Positions 13,519 through 23,866 are shown, counted from the stretch's first letter. The stretch is DNA of 54,528 nt from a virus (IMGVR_UViG_3300044699_000129:1-54528), one strand, 5' to 3'. Numbers and translations: made by a program. The notes: generated by a model from the letters alone, not told the origin.

Positions 13519-13583
13519 GGCATCCGTCCCTGTGCTTGGAACGGCTGCGTCACGTCATGCGTGAAGGTGTGCGCCGTCCCCGG

Positions 13584-14653
13584 TTAGCGGATGCGCCCCT
13601 CTCGCTGCGCGGCATAAATCGCCGCTTCGTCCCTGTCCTTGTCCTGCTCGCGGCCGGCATATTCGCCGCGACGGACCTTGGCGTAGAACTCGGAGATCTG
13701 GGCGCGGGTGAACACAGGCTTGTCGGCAGCGCCGGCAAACCCGTTGCCTGACGCTGGCTTTGCCCTGCCGGGGGCCGCGAGACTGTCCAGCGGCACTGCA
13801 GCGGCACGGGGCGCAGGGGGAGCCTGCGGCGGTGCTTGCGTGTCGGGCAGTTGGCCCGTGGCGCGCTCCTCATTGAGGAACGCTTGGAAAAAACGCCGCC
13901 AGCCGAGGGGCATCTGCCGCTCTTACGGCGTCGTTGATCAGGTCCCGTCTTACCGCGTTAGAGTAAACATCTCGTAAACCCACCCACTGCTTGAACCGGG
14001 GGTGGACATTGATCTGGCGCCAGTCCGGAAGACCCCGGTCGAGTTCAGCCTCCATGCGCTGGTGCGCGGTCAACTGCACCTGCTGCGAGGTCTGGCGCAC
14101 CTGCTGCGCCACCTGATTGAGATCCGGTGCCACCGCGCCGCGCGCCCGCGCGCGTGACCAGATCGATCAGCTCAGGCCCGTAGGTCTCGATGTCCTGCGG
14201 CGTGACCGTGGGGGGTGGGCCATTTGGGCGCTGCTGCGGGGGTGGCTGGCGCGAGCCCGCGCCGCGGCGGGCGAACTGCAGCGCCTGCTGGGTGCGCATC
14301 AACTCCTCGCCCAGCTGGCTCATCTGCTCCTGCATCTGGCCCAGCGAGAACTGCGACTGGTCGAACCGGCCCTTCATCGCGAGATAGCGGTGCTCCCACG
14401 AACCGGTCTCGCCGGTCTCCGGGATCTCCCGGCGCTCGGGCTGGATATGCGGGGCTTCTGGTGGCGTTTGCGGCGGCGCTTCTGGTGCCGGATCCGGCGT
14501 CAATTGCAGGGTGTCCCCGCCATTCGACGGGGTTTCGGGCTCCGGTTCGCCGCCATAGGCTGCCCGGTGCAGGGCCTCGGCCGCCTCGGCCGCCGCCTTG
14601 ACCGACGGCGGGACGGATACGCTGGTGTCGATAGGGGCTAATGCTTCAGGCAT
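13584..14653 (-). CDS. Capsid scaffolding protein, frameshifted
   Basis: Acidic/Pro-rich N-terminus, coiled coil (WEHRYLAMKGRFD), PDWRQIN..PRFKQW, C-terminal AAQREGRIR; directly upstream of the capsid gene. Confidence 0.7.
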
Positions 14654-14681
14654 GACGCACTCCTTCGGCGGCACGGGGCTT

Positions 14682-14918
14682 TCACGCCGTGGCGCGTTCG
14701 GCTGGGTCTAAGTTTTCGGTGAACAACAGCAGGAATTTGCGCGCCTGCTGGGCGCGTCCCTGCGCCTGCAGGATCTCGTTCGACGCCGCCTCGGTTACCG
14801 CGACGGTAACGTCGAACGTGTAGTGCTCCAGAATGACGAGGAACTGCCGGTAAAGCTCTGGATTGGCATTCTTCCAGCGGCCAGCGATTTCGCTGATCTT
14901 CTTGGTGTCAGCCGGCAT
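14682..14918 (-). CDS. Small head-module hypothetical protein
   Basis: MPADTKKISEI... with GGAG RBS; helical, EILQAQGRAQ. Confidence 0.6.
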   Translation of the reverse strand: MPADTKKISEIAGRWKNANPELYRQFLVILEHYTFDVTVAVTEAASNEILQAQGRAQQARKFLLLFTENLDPAERATA

Positions 14919-14919
14919 G

Positions 14920-15132
14920 TCACTCCAGATCGTAGGTCCCGAACGGCGAACTGACATTGCCGGCCGGAAGCGTTGGAGCCGCCTTGGTGTAGTTGTTCAG
15001 CCCACCTCCGCCGGTCGCGAGACCCTTGATCTGCCGCCGGTCGGGCATCGCCGCCATCTGCGAGCCCTTGCCCTCGAACTTGTCGATCTGGCCGCCCTTG
15101 CGCAGTGGCGTCAGCTTGTTCTTGAAGACCAT
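14920..15132 (-). CDS. Small basic virion-type protein (RKGG motif)
   Basis: 70-aa ORF with GAGG RBS. Confidence 0.55.
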   Translation of the reverse strand: MVFKNKLTPLRKGGQIDKFEGKGSQMAAMPDRRQIKGLATGGGGLNNYTKAAPTLPAGNVSSPFGTYDLE

Positions 15133-15153
15133 GGGTGCCTCATCAAAACGGGT

Positions 15154-15332
15154 TCATGCCGGAAGCACCGTCGGCGGCATGGGTGGTGCTGCCGGCGCCT
15201 TGCCGTAGTCCCGTCCCGGATTGTCCATCGGCTTGATCCGCGGCCCCGCCGGTGCCTTCGGCGCCATTGGTGCCATCGGACGCATGGCGGGCCGGGGGGC
15301 CGGCTTCGGAGCCGGCTTCGGCCGGGAGCCAT
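15154..15332 (-). CDS. Small Pro/Met/Lys-rich protein (frameshift just after start)
   Basis: ATG overlapping the upstream stop; PKPAPKPAPRPAMRPMAPMAPK... in the adjacent frame. Confidence 0.45.
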
Positions 15333-15586
15333 CAGCGTGCACTCGTGATGCCGCTCTGCGCCGGGAGCGAACCGGAGAAGCCGAACATCTTGTTCGACCC
15401 GCCCTTGGCGAACTCGGCGCCCTTGCCGGTCGCGCCGGGATCACCGGTCTGGCCGGACTTCGCGGGCTCAGCCTGCTGCTGTGAGAACATTTTTGTGTTC
15501 CCACCCTTGGCAAACTGGACGTTGTGCGAGGTTTCGTTACGGCTGACGCGAGATGTGTTGTTGAGCGTAGCGCGACCACTGGCCAT
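15332..15586 (-). CDS. Small protein with two FAKGG(N/S)xKMF repeats
   Basis: 84-aa ORF, GGGGAG RBS, first gene after a CtrA-like box. Confidence 0.65.
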   Translation of the reverse strand: MASGRATLNNTSRVSRNETSHNVQFAKGGNTKMFSQQQAEPAKSGQTGDPGATGKGAEFAKGGSNKMFGFSGSLPAQSGITSAR

Positions 15587-15633
15587 GAAGGCTTCTCCCC
15601 TGCAGAGGAGAGAAAGCTATAGGCCCGCAACCC

Positions 15634-15648
15634 CTAACAACTCGTTAA
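15634..15648 (-). promoter_or_regulatory. CtrA-like box / late promoter of the capsid operon
   Basis: Minus strand TTAA-cgagttg-TTAG, then 12 nt, then TATAGC. Confidence 0.6.
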
Positions 15649-16361
15649 GCGGATGGGTCCCGGTTCTTCTTCATCAGCAGGTTCATGAAGGTGTAGCGCA
15701 TCCCCATCCACTCGACCGGAGCATCCTGACAGTTGAGGATCGGCCGCTTCATCAGGTCGAGGCCGCGTGTCTTGGCGAACATCGCCATCTGCATCACGTC
15801 GTGCGCGGTAAAGATCCGGATCGGCGCACCCCAAGCCGTCTGCCCCATGGCATCGACCGGCGTCTCCCAATAGTCGAACGAGGTGAACAGATAACCACCG
15901 GTCCGCAGAACACGCCCCGCCTCCGCAAAGTAGCGCCTCCAGTCGACACCATGCTCAATGGTACTGAGGCAAGCCACAAACCCGAAATGTTCGCTGTCAT
16001 AACGCAACCTTTCAATGTCGCAATACTCGTAACGGATGCCGTCCTCGACCTCGCTGTCTTCCTTTTCGTCGAGATTGCATCCGGTCAGGTTGGTGAACTT
16101 GAACTTCTTCAGGCTCGGCAGGAACGCGCTCGGATACGGCTGGACACGACAGGCTCCCGCATCCAGCACCGGGTCATCCTTATCGAGCAGCCGGTGCGCG
16201 TGGTGGATCGCCAGCCAGCTGTCCCAGTTCTTCCAGCGATCCGGATGCAAGGGGAGTCCGTACGCCTGCACGAACAGCTTGGCCTCCTCGACCTGAGCAT
16301 TGCCGGCGAGCGGCCGGCAGGTCTGGTCGCGCGCCCATGAGTCCTCACCAATCTCGGTCAT
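15645..16361 (-). CDS. Class I SAM-dependent methyltransferase
   Basis: VLDAGAC (motif I), YCDIERLRY..EHFGFVACLSTIEHG, EAGRVLRTGGYLFTSFD. Confidence 0.85.
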   Translation of the reverse strand: MTEIGEDSWARDQTCRPLAGNAQVEEAKLFVQAYGLPLHPDRWKNWDSWLAIHHAHRLLDKDDPVLDAGACRVQPYPSAFLPSLKKFKFTNLTGCNLDEKEDSEVEDGIRYEYCDIERLRYDSEHFGFVACLSTIEHGVDWRRYFAEAGRVLRTGGYLFTSFDYWETPVDAMGQTAWGAPIRIFTAHDVMQMAMFAKTRGLDLMKRPILNCQDAPVEWMGMRYTFMNLLMKKNRDPSA

Positions 16362-18390
16362 AGACGTGGCCCTGTTGCAGCAGCGCATCGACGTCATCGG
16401 CGCTGACGGTGGCAAGACGCGCTTCGCAGTCCTTGTAGCCATAGGAGATCACCAGATCAGCCAACGGCGTATCGGGCGCCCAGCACATCCCGCCGCAGAA
16501 CTCGATCACCCGGTCGTGGAACACCCACGGCAAGCTCATCCGCTTCACCTTCATGTCGCGCCCGTACTCGATGAAGCGGTGGAAGTAGTAGCGCTTGTAC
16601 GGCTCGTTCGGCAGCGGGTGCGCAGTATGCGTGATGGCAAGCCAGCCGCCCGCGCCCCAGTGGATCAATTGGGACGACCCACTGATGTTGTCGGTCATGA
16701 ACGACGGCGGATTGTCGGTGATTTTTTCACACTTCGAGTTCAGCACGATGCCGGGCCGCCACACGAACAACGCCTCTACTTTCTGCTCCCACTGGATCGG
16801 CGCCCAGTTCTTCTCGGTCTCGCGCGGCTCGCGCAACATACGCTTGACGTCGGTATGCTCGTAGTGGTCGCCCATGTCGGCAAGGCGCGACAGCACCTGC
16901 TCGCACTGTCCGTCGGCAGCGAGCTGCCGCATGGTTGCGGTACACCAGAGGTCTTCCCTCCATGAAAACAGGCGGACGTCCTCGAACCCGGTCACCAGCG
17001 GGAATTCGCAGGGTAGGTTACCGGGGCGGTAACACTCGACGGCCACAGGCTCTGGACCGTCCAGAAGGTCGCCACCCAGATCCATAATGAAATTACGAGT
17101 ATCAATAGGATTGGAGGCATTCGCGGTGCCATCGGTCGCCGTGATGATGTAGCGGCCCTGTTCATCGATGCGATAATTAACGCAACGAACATTGAGGTAG
17201 ACCCGCTTGTGGTGCAGCACGACACTCGGGTTCATCGGCACGTAGTTCTCGGGCGGCCGAAACGGGATCGATTTCCACTCGAACGACGGACATAACTCTT
17301 TGATCGGACGCACATACCAATAAGTGTTGGCTCGCGCACAGGCCCGCGCAGTCCAGTATGGCGTGTCCATGATGGCAAGCTCGTCGGTCACACGCCGTCC
17401 CTTGTCAAACTTGTACGGCACGTAGGCTGCAGTGATGCTGATCTCCTCCTTGATGCCGACGCTGTAGACGTAGTCGTTGACGAACAGGCCATCCGCCGGT
17501 TTCGGCAGATGCTCGACCGCTTCCGCGCAGGCAAGCGCTGCCGCCTGCTGGTCCTTCTGCTCGCGGTACCAGTGTGCCAGATCGTACATCGCCTCGGCGC
17601 GCACCGGCCGACGCGAATAGGCTGCCAGCAGATTGGCAACAAACCCGTCGGTCTCGCCAGTGTCCTTGAGCGCATGCGCAAGGCTGACATGGGCCTGCCA
17701 GACTTCCTCGTCCCAGCCGCCCGCAGCGATGCGCCGCCGGTACCACGCCGCCGCGTTGCGCGGCTGACCGGCGTCGCGATAGGATGAGGCGAGATAGTAC
17801 ATGTAGCGCGCGTTGGTCGGCTCTTCCTTCAGGCCCTTGAGCAGCAGCCTGATGTCGCGCTCGCACTTCTCGGGCCGGTTCGATCCATCCGCGTGATCGA
17901 TGAAGTAAGCCACGCTCTCCGGGATGCGCCCGTGTGACCTGACGTCGAGATATTCGTGAGTTGGAGACTTGTACTTGCCGTCGGTCAGCACGTTAAGCAG
18001 CCGCGCGTTAGTGTAATGCACTGGACCAGCATGCTGGAACATCTCGTACATCAATCCACTGCGGTCCTCCAGAAACTGCTGTGTATCACGCACAACGAGC
18101 TGCATGTCGGCATCACAAAGCAGAAAAAATTTTGCATTGTACTCGGCCGCTCGCTCACGTCCGTAAGCCAACGCCAAATTGCGCGCCTGCGAGAAATTCT
18201 CGAACGGCCCGTCGTAGATCACACCGGACACCGCCGCATTCTTCATGTATTGCCTGATGCGTTCCTTGGTGTCGTCGGTGCTTCCGGTGTCCAAGACCAC
18301 ATAACTGGAGATGTATGGCGCCACACTGGCAAGCATACGCTCGATCCGCTCGCTCTCGTTTTTAACGATGCAGTTCAGCATCAAGCTCAT
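16345..18390 (-). CDS. Family-2 glycosyltransferase with TPR repeats and C-terminal five-bladed beta-propeller-like domain
   Basis: CIVKNE...DTGSTDDT...NFSQARNLAL...CDAD (DxD)...HEYL; TPRs (NARYMYYLASSY, RAEAMYDLAHWY); C-terminal NPSV, GFEDVRLF, EKNWAP, YFHRF, IEFCGG, ISYG motifs. Confidence 0.88.
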   Translation of the reverse strand: MSLMLNCIVKNESERIERMLASVAPYISSYVVLDTGSTDDTKERIRQYMKNAAVSGVIYDGPFENFSQARNLALAYGRERAAEYNAKFFLLCDADMQLVVRDTQQFLEDRSGLMYEMFQHAGPVHYTNARLLNVLTDGKYKSPTHEYLDVRSHGRIPESVAYFIDHADGSNRPEKCERDIRLLLKGLKEEPTNARYMYYLASSYRDAGQPRNAAAWYRRRIAAGGWDEEVWQAHVSLAHALKDTGETDGFVANLLAAYSRRPVRAEAMYDLAHWYREQKDQQAAALACAEAVEHLPKPADGLFVNDYVYSVGIKEEISITAAYVPYKFDKGRRVTDELAIMDTPYWTARACARANTYWYVRPIKELCPSFEWKSIPFRPPENYVPMNPSVVLHHKRVYLNVRCVNYRIDEQGRYIITATDGTANASNPIDTRNFIMDLGGDLLDGPEPVAVECYRPGNLPCEFPLVTGFEDVRLFSWREDLWCTATMRQLAADGQCEQVLSRLADMGDHYEHTDVKRMLREPRETEKNWAPIQWEQKVEALFVWRPGIVLNSKCEKITDNPPSFMTDNISGSSQLIHWGAGGWLAITHTAHPLPNEPYKRYYFHRFIEYGRDMKVKRMSLPWVFHDRVIEFCGGMCWAPDTPLADLVISYGYKDCEARLATVSADDVDALLQQGHVYDRDW

Positions 18391-18764
18391 TGGCGCCGCT
18401 CTAGGTAGTCTGCGAGAGCACGGAGGGTCTGCGGGGTTTGGTGTTGGTGGAGCGCTATATTGCACCAATGACAGAGGATGCCGCGCACGTAACCCGGTTC
18501 TCCCTTTCGCTTCGTCGGATCATGGTCAGTATGCCAACAACCATCCTTGCCAAATTTTGTACGGCCGGGAGTGGCACGACCACAACTGGCACAACAATAA
18601 CCTTGTGCCGCAAGCATGCGCTCCCAGTCTTCTCTCGTCATACCGAACTTCGAACGTAGGTGCTGGTTACGCCGAAAATGCTTCCACGTTAGATCCCGAG
18701 CGCGCTTAGCGCGTATCCATAGACGATTGTATTCACGTTTCCTGACCGGATCGACAAAAGGCAT
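18387..18764 (-). CDS. Endonuclease VII-like (HNH superfamily) homing endonuclease
   Basis: FGMTREDWERMLAAQGYCCASC...HTDHDP...VRGILCHWCNIAL. Confidence 0.85.
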   Translation of the reverse strand: MPFVDPVRKREYNRLWIRAKRARDLTWKHFRRNQHLRSKFGMTREDWERMLAAQGYCCASCGRATPGRTKFGKDGCWHTDHDPTKRKGEPGYVRGILCHWCNIALHQHQTPQTLRALADYLERRQ

Positions 18765-18773
18765 GGAGGTCTC

Positions 18774-18803
18774 AAAAAGAAAGGGGGCTCCCTACGGAGC
18801 CCC
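18774..18803 (-). terminator. Rho-independent terminator
   Basis: GGGGCTCC/GGAGCCCC stem followed on the minus strand by TTTCTTTTT. Confidence 0.7.
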
Positions 18804-18836
18804 AAGTTCACTGCGAAGAAAGCGGATGTCAACACT

Positions 18837-18986
18837 TCACCCTTTTACCTCGGCCTTGGCAACGCACTTCTCGGTGCCGTCGTCCAGCTTGACGATGACC
18901 TGCTCGCTGTCGTCATCCTTGAACCCGGCATCACCCTTGCGCGCCGGACGCACAACCGTCACCTGCCTGCCTTGATAAGTCGCCAC
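18837..18986 (-). CDS. Small SH3-like beta protein
   Basis: GTG start, ATYQGRQVTVVRPARKGD...VIVKLDDGTEKCV, GAGG RBS. Confidence 0.55.
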   Translation of the reverse strand: MATYQGRQVTVVRPARKGDAGFKDDDSEQVIVKLDDGTEKCVAKAEVKG

Positions 18987-19003
18987 TTCAGCCTCCTCTG
19001 CGG

Positions 19004-19549
19004 TTACCCTCCCGAAAACGTAATCACCCCGCTGCGCGCCCACATGGCACCCTTCACCTGTGGATCGGTAGTCGGAATGGTGTAGATCGTGTTCCGCACC
19101 GGACCCATGGGCCCAAGTGGACCCGTGCGCCCGGTCGGGCCGGCAGTGCCAGTCGGGCCAGTCGTGCCGGCCGGGCCGGTGGCCCCGGTTGCGGCAGCCG
19201 GACCGGTCGGACCCGTCGAGGTGTTCGCACCAGTCGGACCCGTCGGCCCGGTGACCGCCGAGCTGCCTTGGCCTCCGGAGGCGCCAGTTGTGCCGGTCGC
19301 GCCGGCCGCACCGGTCGGCCCGGGCAGGCCGGTCGATCCAGTGTTGCCGGTGTAGCCAGTCGGGCCGGTCGGGCCGGGAGTGCCCCCGGTCGGGCCGGTG
19401 TAGCTGAAGCCGGTTGCGCCGGTCGCACCGGTCGTGGTGGCAGGACCGCGCGGGCCTGTCGCCCCGGTCGGTCCCAGCCCCGAGTTCTCATTGACCGCCT
19501 GCGCCAGCGCCTTCAGCCGGGCGTCAATCGCACCTTGATCGATAGGCAT
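19004..19549 (-). CDS. Short collagen-like fibre protein (paralogue 3)
   Basis: GPT/GAT triplets; C-terminal [12 protein letters not shown] motif. Confidence 0.85.
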   Translation of the reverse strand: MPIDQGAIDARLKALAQAVNENSGLGPTGATGPRGPATTTGATGATGFSYTGPTGGTPGPTGPTGYTGNTGSTGLPGPTGAAGATGTTGASGGQGSSAVTGPTGPTGANTSTGPTGPAAATGATGPAGTTGPTGTAGPTGRTGPLGPMGPVRNTIYTIPTTDPQVKGAMWARSGVITFSGG

Positions 19550-19553
19550 GGCG

Positions 19554-20132
19554 CTACCCCGTTGAGATCGTCAGCGTGCCGCCGTTGTTCCACACTTGTC
19601 CCGCCACGTGCGGGTCGGAGGAAGGCGGGACAAAGATACTGCGGCTCTTGCCGGTGGGACCGGTGCCGCCAGTAACCGAGGATGCGCCAAGCGCGCCACG
19701 CGGACCCTGCGCGCCCGCGCGCCCGGTCGGGCCGGTCATGTTGGTGCCGGTCGGACCGGCGGCAGCGCGAATTGGGCCAGCCGGTCCGGGCGGTCCGGTA
19801 TTCGCACCGGTCGCCGCAATGGGTCCCGTTGGCCCGGTTGGACCGGTGGCACCCGCTGCACCAACGGAACCCTGCCGCCCGGTTGGGCCAGTGGGTCCCT
19901 GCGCGCCGGTCGCACCGGCCGCGCCGCGCGTCAGACCGCCAATCGGGCCAGTCGGACCCGTAGTTCCGGCTGGACCCGTCGGACCGGTCTGGGCACCCAA
20001 GGCGCCACCCGGGCCGGTCGGTCCAGTGACCCCGGTTACCGTGGCGGCATTGACCGCATCGACGATGTCCTTCAGCGTCGCGCTTTGCGCGTTGTCGTCG
20101 TAATTCTCGGAAACCGTGATTGTCCGGGCCAT
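19554..20132 (-). CDS. Short collagen-like fibre protein (paralogue 2)
   Basis: GPT triplets; C-terminal [16 protein letters not shown]. Confidence 0.85.
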   Translation of the reverse strand: MARTITVSENYDDNAQSATLKDIVDAVNAATVTGVTGPTGPGGALGAQTGPTGPAGTTGPTGPIGGLTRGAAGATGAQGPTGPTGRQGSVGAAGATGPTGPTGPIAATGANTGPPGPAGPIRAAAGPTGTNMTGPTGRAGAQGPRGALGASSVTGGTGPTGKSRSIFVPPSSDPHVAGQVWNNGGTLTISTG

Positions 20133-20137
20133 GGCCG

Positions 20138-20698
20138 TTACCCCGCTGAAACGGCCGGAACGCCGTTGTTATTCCAGACCCATCCCAACACATGCGGATC
20201 GGACGTCGGCGCGATGAACAGGTCGACCGTCGTCCCGGTCGGGCCGGTTGGCCCGGTCACACCCAGCGCTGCCGGCGGACCGAGCAGCCCGGTAGCGCCT
20301 TGCGGCCCGGTCGGCCCGGTCAGCGACGCACCGGTCGGTCCGGTGGTGCCGGTCGCCGCGCCGGTCGCCCCGGTCGGTCCGGTGATCCCCTGTGCGGCGC
20401 CGAACGGCCCCGCGTAACCGCCCGGGCCGGTCTGTCCGCCAAAACCCGTGGCCCCGGTCGGGCCTGTCACACCCGCAGCACCCTGCGCGCCAAGACCGCC
20501 AACCGGTCCGGTGTTTGCCCCAATCGGGCCAGTTGGGCCGGTGGCGCCAGCCGCGCCACGCGGGCCCGCCGCGCCGGTCGCCGAACCGGTAGGGCCAGTC
20601 GGGCCGGTGACACCCGCCGCTGCCACGCCAGCAGCGGCCTCCTCAATCGTGGGACCGATCTTGTTACGGTCGTAGTTGGTCGAGGACAGAATAGGCAT
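20138..20698 (-). CDS. Short collagen-like fibre protein (paralogue 1)
   Basis: GPT triplets; C-terminal [16 protein letters not shown]. Confidence 0.85.
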   Translation of the reverse strand: MPILSSTNYDRNKIGPTIEEAAAGVAAAGVTGPTGPTGSATGAAGPRGAAGATGPTGPIGANTGPVGGLGAQGAAGVTGPTGATGFGGQTGPGGYAGPFGAAQGITGPTGATGAATGTTGPTGASLTGPTGPQGATGLLGPPAALGVTGPTGPTGTTVDLFIAPTSDPHVLGWVWNNNGVPAVSAG

Positions 20699-20722
20699 GG
20701 TGTGCCCCTTACACCGTGAGTG

Positions 20723-20738
20723 GTTGATGTTTCATTAA
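20723..20738 (-). promoter_or_regulatory. CtrA-like box / late promoter of the collagen operon
   Basis: Minus strand TTAA-tgaaaca-TCAAC, then 12 nt after TCAA, TAAGGG. Confidence 0.55.
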
Positions 20739-20743
20739 GCCGG

Positions 20744-23111
20744 TCACCCAACCCCGGGGGAAAGTCGCGGCGGCATGCCCGGACCGGGCCCGCCCGGCTG
20801 GTTACCCACCACCGCCGTCTGCGGTCCCATCCCTCCCGGGGGGGCTCCCCTCCGGGTGCCTTGGCCATAGGCCGCCATCTGCGCAACATTGCCGCCGCCC
20901 GGCTTGCCGCCGGGCGGCTGCGCACCGAACTGGCCCCGGCCGGGACCACCCACCACGCCGCCATCGCGCGAATTTCGTGGCGGTCCATTCGGTGGGAGTC
21001 CCGGAGGGCCGGATGGACCGGCTTGTCCAATGGTCTGGTCCATCCCGACCTGCGGCATGAGGCCGGCAGCAGTGAGTTCTTTCGTGACCTGCTGCACGCC
21101 GGCCTGCACGCCCTGCTGAATGCCCTGCTCGACCTGCTGCGCCACCTGACCGCCGCTCTCGTGCTGCTCGCGTTCCTGCTTCTCCATCTTCTCCAGCTTG
21201 TCTTCCGACGGCACGACCTCCTCGCCATTGAGCCCGATGGTGGTCGAGACCGAACGCAGCACCGCGCCACGCCCGGTTATCCCCATGATCTTCATGTCGG
21301 TCGGGTTGAGTGTCGCCTGCAGGAACTCCAGCTGGCGCTGGCGGATCGTCTCACGCTGGATCGCGACGTTGACACCCAGCACCGTGATGTCCTTCCTCGC
21401 CGGTCAGAAGACCGGTAGTGTCGGTGAGCAGGATCAGATCTGATAGCTGCAACAGCGCCGGCTCGATTACTTCGCGGTCTATGTTCGAACTCACCGTCTG
21501 CAGGATCTTGCTGGCATTGCCCATCAGCATCGCCAGACCTGATGCTGTTCGCCCGGCACCCCCCGAGTCGCCACGCCCGCCGACGTATTTGGGGATCGCC
21601 GAGACGTCGTCGGAAATCTCGATGAACTCGCGATAGACCTTGAGCAGCGACTCGGCGTTCATCGTCGGCATGAAGAAGCTGATCGGCGGCTGGTTGTTGC
21701 TCCCCACCGGATCGTTGCGCGCATGCCAGCGCTTCCACGGGTAGAGCTGATTGTCGTCGTCCGGCGTGATGCGGTCGTCATTGATCATCACCTGCGGGCC
21801 GGACGCGATGCTCATGTTGTTGACCAACGCGCGCAGGGTCGCGTTGGCGGCCTGCTGCAGGTCGTCGAGTAGATCGATCAAGGAGTTTCCCACCGGCGTG
21901 CCGGGGACCTTCTCGAACGAGGTGATGAAGTAGGGGTGCCGCTTGCGCGGGCTGGGGTTGAGCTGGCACTTGATCACATGGCGGCCGATGACCCAGCACT
22001 CGACAGCGTAATCGCGCAACTCATCCGGGACCGCGAGACCATATTCCTGCAGCACACGACCCTGAATGTTGCCGTTGTACTGCATCATGGAAATCATGCC
22101 GGACCGGTTCCACGCGGGGTTCTCGCGGCTCTCCAGAACGGCACGTTCAGCGTCGGTGGTGTCCCAGTTGTCATAGAGCCCACCACGCCCATACTCGTCG
22201 AGCACCGCCCGGATTGCCTCTTGGTCGTAGCCGGGAAGATCGAGAAGGTCGTTCAGCTCACCGCGCGTGATCGAGATCTTCTCGATCACCTCGGCATTCT
22301 CGATGTCGCTGACTCCGGGAGTGAACCAGATGTCGAACGGTGACACCCGGTTCCACGTCAGCTGGGGCTTCATCTCGATAGTCGGCGCGCCGCCGCCCTT
22401 CGGCCATGCCACCTCGGGCATGATCTTGACGACAGGGCCCTTCATCACCGCGAAGGGAAAAATCGGCAGGTCGACCAAGAACTCCGCCATGGCGTGATAG
22501 AAGCCGCCGCCGCGCATCAACTCCTCGATGCGGTCCTCACTGACTCGCGCCTGCTGCGTCGCCTTGCGCTTGGCCGCGTCGGACGCGCTGTCCAGCAGGA
22601 TCTGGCGCCGCTTCTCGATGTCGGTCCCGGGCGGTGGCTGGCCCATGGTCTGCCGGACCTGCTGCTGCTCGGCCTGCACCAGCTGATTGATGGACTGGAT
22701 GATGTCCTCGGGAACGTCCGGGTCGGCCGGCGCGCGCACCGCATAGGGCCGATCCTGCGACAAATAAATATCGCGCAACAGCGAGGAAGCCGCCCGGCAC
22801 TTCTGCGCCGCGATGCGCGCGTAGATGTTGGAGCCGCCGAACTTGCCGATCTCCTGCAGCTGCGTCGCGTTGTACTGACCATTGAAGGTCTCCATCGCCC
22901 CGATCAGCCGCGTGCTCCAGCCCGACTGCGTGTTGCGGTGGTTACGGAAGATCTCGAACCGGCCCTTGATGTAGCTTGCCAGCTCCGTGGCGTCCTGCTC
23001 GGGCGGGGCATTGGCATTGGCGGCAGTGGCCGCGCGCGCCGAGATCTGCCGCTCCAGTTCGGCCGGCGGGATGACTTGGAGAACGCCCTGATTGCCCAGA
23101 AGATCAGCCAT
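20744..23111 (-). CDS. Portal protein (frameshift near 21390) with Gly/Pro-rich tail
   Basis: RVSPFDIWFTP, HPYFITSFEKVPGTPVGNSL, NATLRALVNNMSIASGPQV, GRTASGLAMLMGNASK; ORFs 21351-23162 and 20744-21382. Confidence 0.85.
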
Positions 23112-23137
23112 GGGAACGCACGATGCCACGGCACACG

Positions 23138-23153
23138 CTAACGTTCCGTTAAC
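23138..23153. promoter_or_regulatory. CtrA-like box in the divergent portal/terminase intergenic region
   Basis: CTAA-cgttccg-TTAAC; -10-like hexamers 12 nt away on both strands (GAAAAT on +, CATCGT on -). Confidence 0.6.
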
Positions 23154-23176
23154 GGATGCCATGGGAAAATCGGGTC

Positions 23177-23866
23177 ATGACAGACGGCGAAGACGACTAT
23201 GTCAGCCCGGAAGAGTCCGGATTGAGCAGCCTCGTTGCCGTGACGGTAACTCCCGTTGCAGTGGAAGAACTTCCCCAGCCTTCTGCTGCTGCAACCACGC
23301 CCGTGTCGGACCCCCCATCCCCCGGCACGGGCGGCGGCGAGGCCGCGTGGGAAGCCTACAAGGCACGTGACCGCTCGCGCAAACTGCCCGAGCCCGTGCA
23401 GATGCCGGACGGCTGGAGCCTGCACGATGTCGCCGCCCTCGTCGGCGACGTCGCGGCGAACATGTACGAGCTTCCGTTCATCCTCGCCAAGCACAAGCTG
23501 TCCGAGGCCCAGTACAATCTGATCAAGAAGAACGAGTTCTTCCAGCGCGCGCTGGAGGCCGAGATCATCACTTGGCAGGGCGCCAACTCCATCCAGAAGC
23601 GCCTTGCGCTGGAAGCCGCCATCGCGGTGGAAGCCTCGATGCCGATGGTCGCGGCGCGCCTGTCCAACAAGAACGAGCCCTTGGGTGAAGTGGTCTCGCT
23701 GATGAAGCTGTTCGCCGAGATGGCCGGCTCCATCGGCACCAAGGCGGCGCCGACCATGGGCAACAGCGAACGCTTCAAGATCGTGATCAATCTCGGCGGG
23801 CACAACGCACTGGAGCGCGAGGCCGAGCCCGCGCTCAAGGTGGTTACCGGCACGGTAACTCCATGA
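23177..23866 (+). CDS. terS: Terminase small subunit (putative)
   Basis: Helical protein ending in FKIVINLG; stop overlaps the large-subunit start (ATGA). Confidence 0.6.
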   Translation: MTDGEDDYVSPEESGLSSLVAVTVTPVAVEELPQPSAAATTPVSDPPSPGTGGGEAAWEAYKARDRSRKLPEPVQMPDGWSLHDVAALVGDVAANMYELPFILAKHKLSEAQYNLIKKNEFFQRALEAEIITWQGANSIQKRLALEAAIAVEASMPMVAARLSNKNEPLGEVVSLMKLFAEMAGSIGTKAAPTMGNSERFKIVINLGGHNALEREAEPALKVVTGTVTP

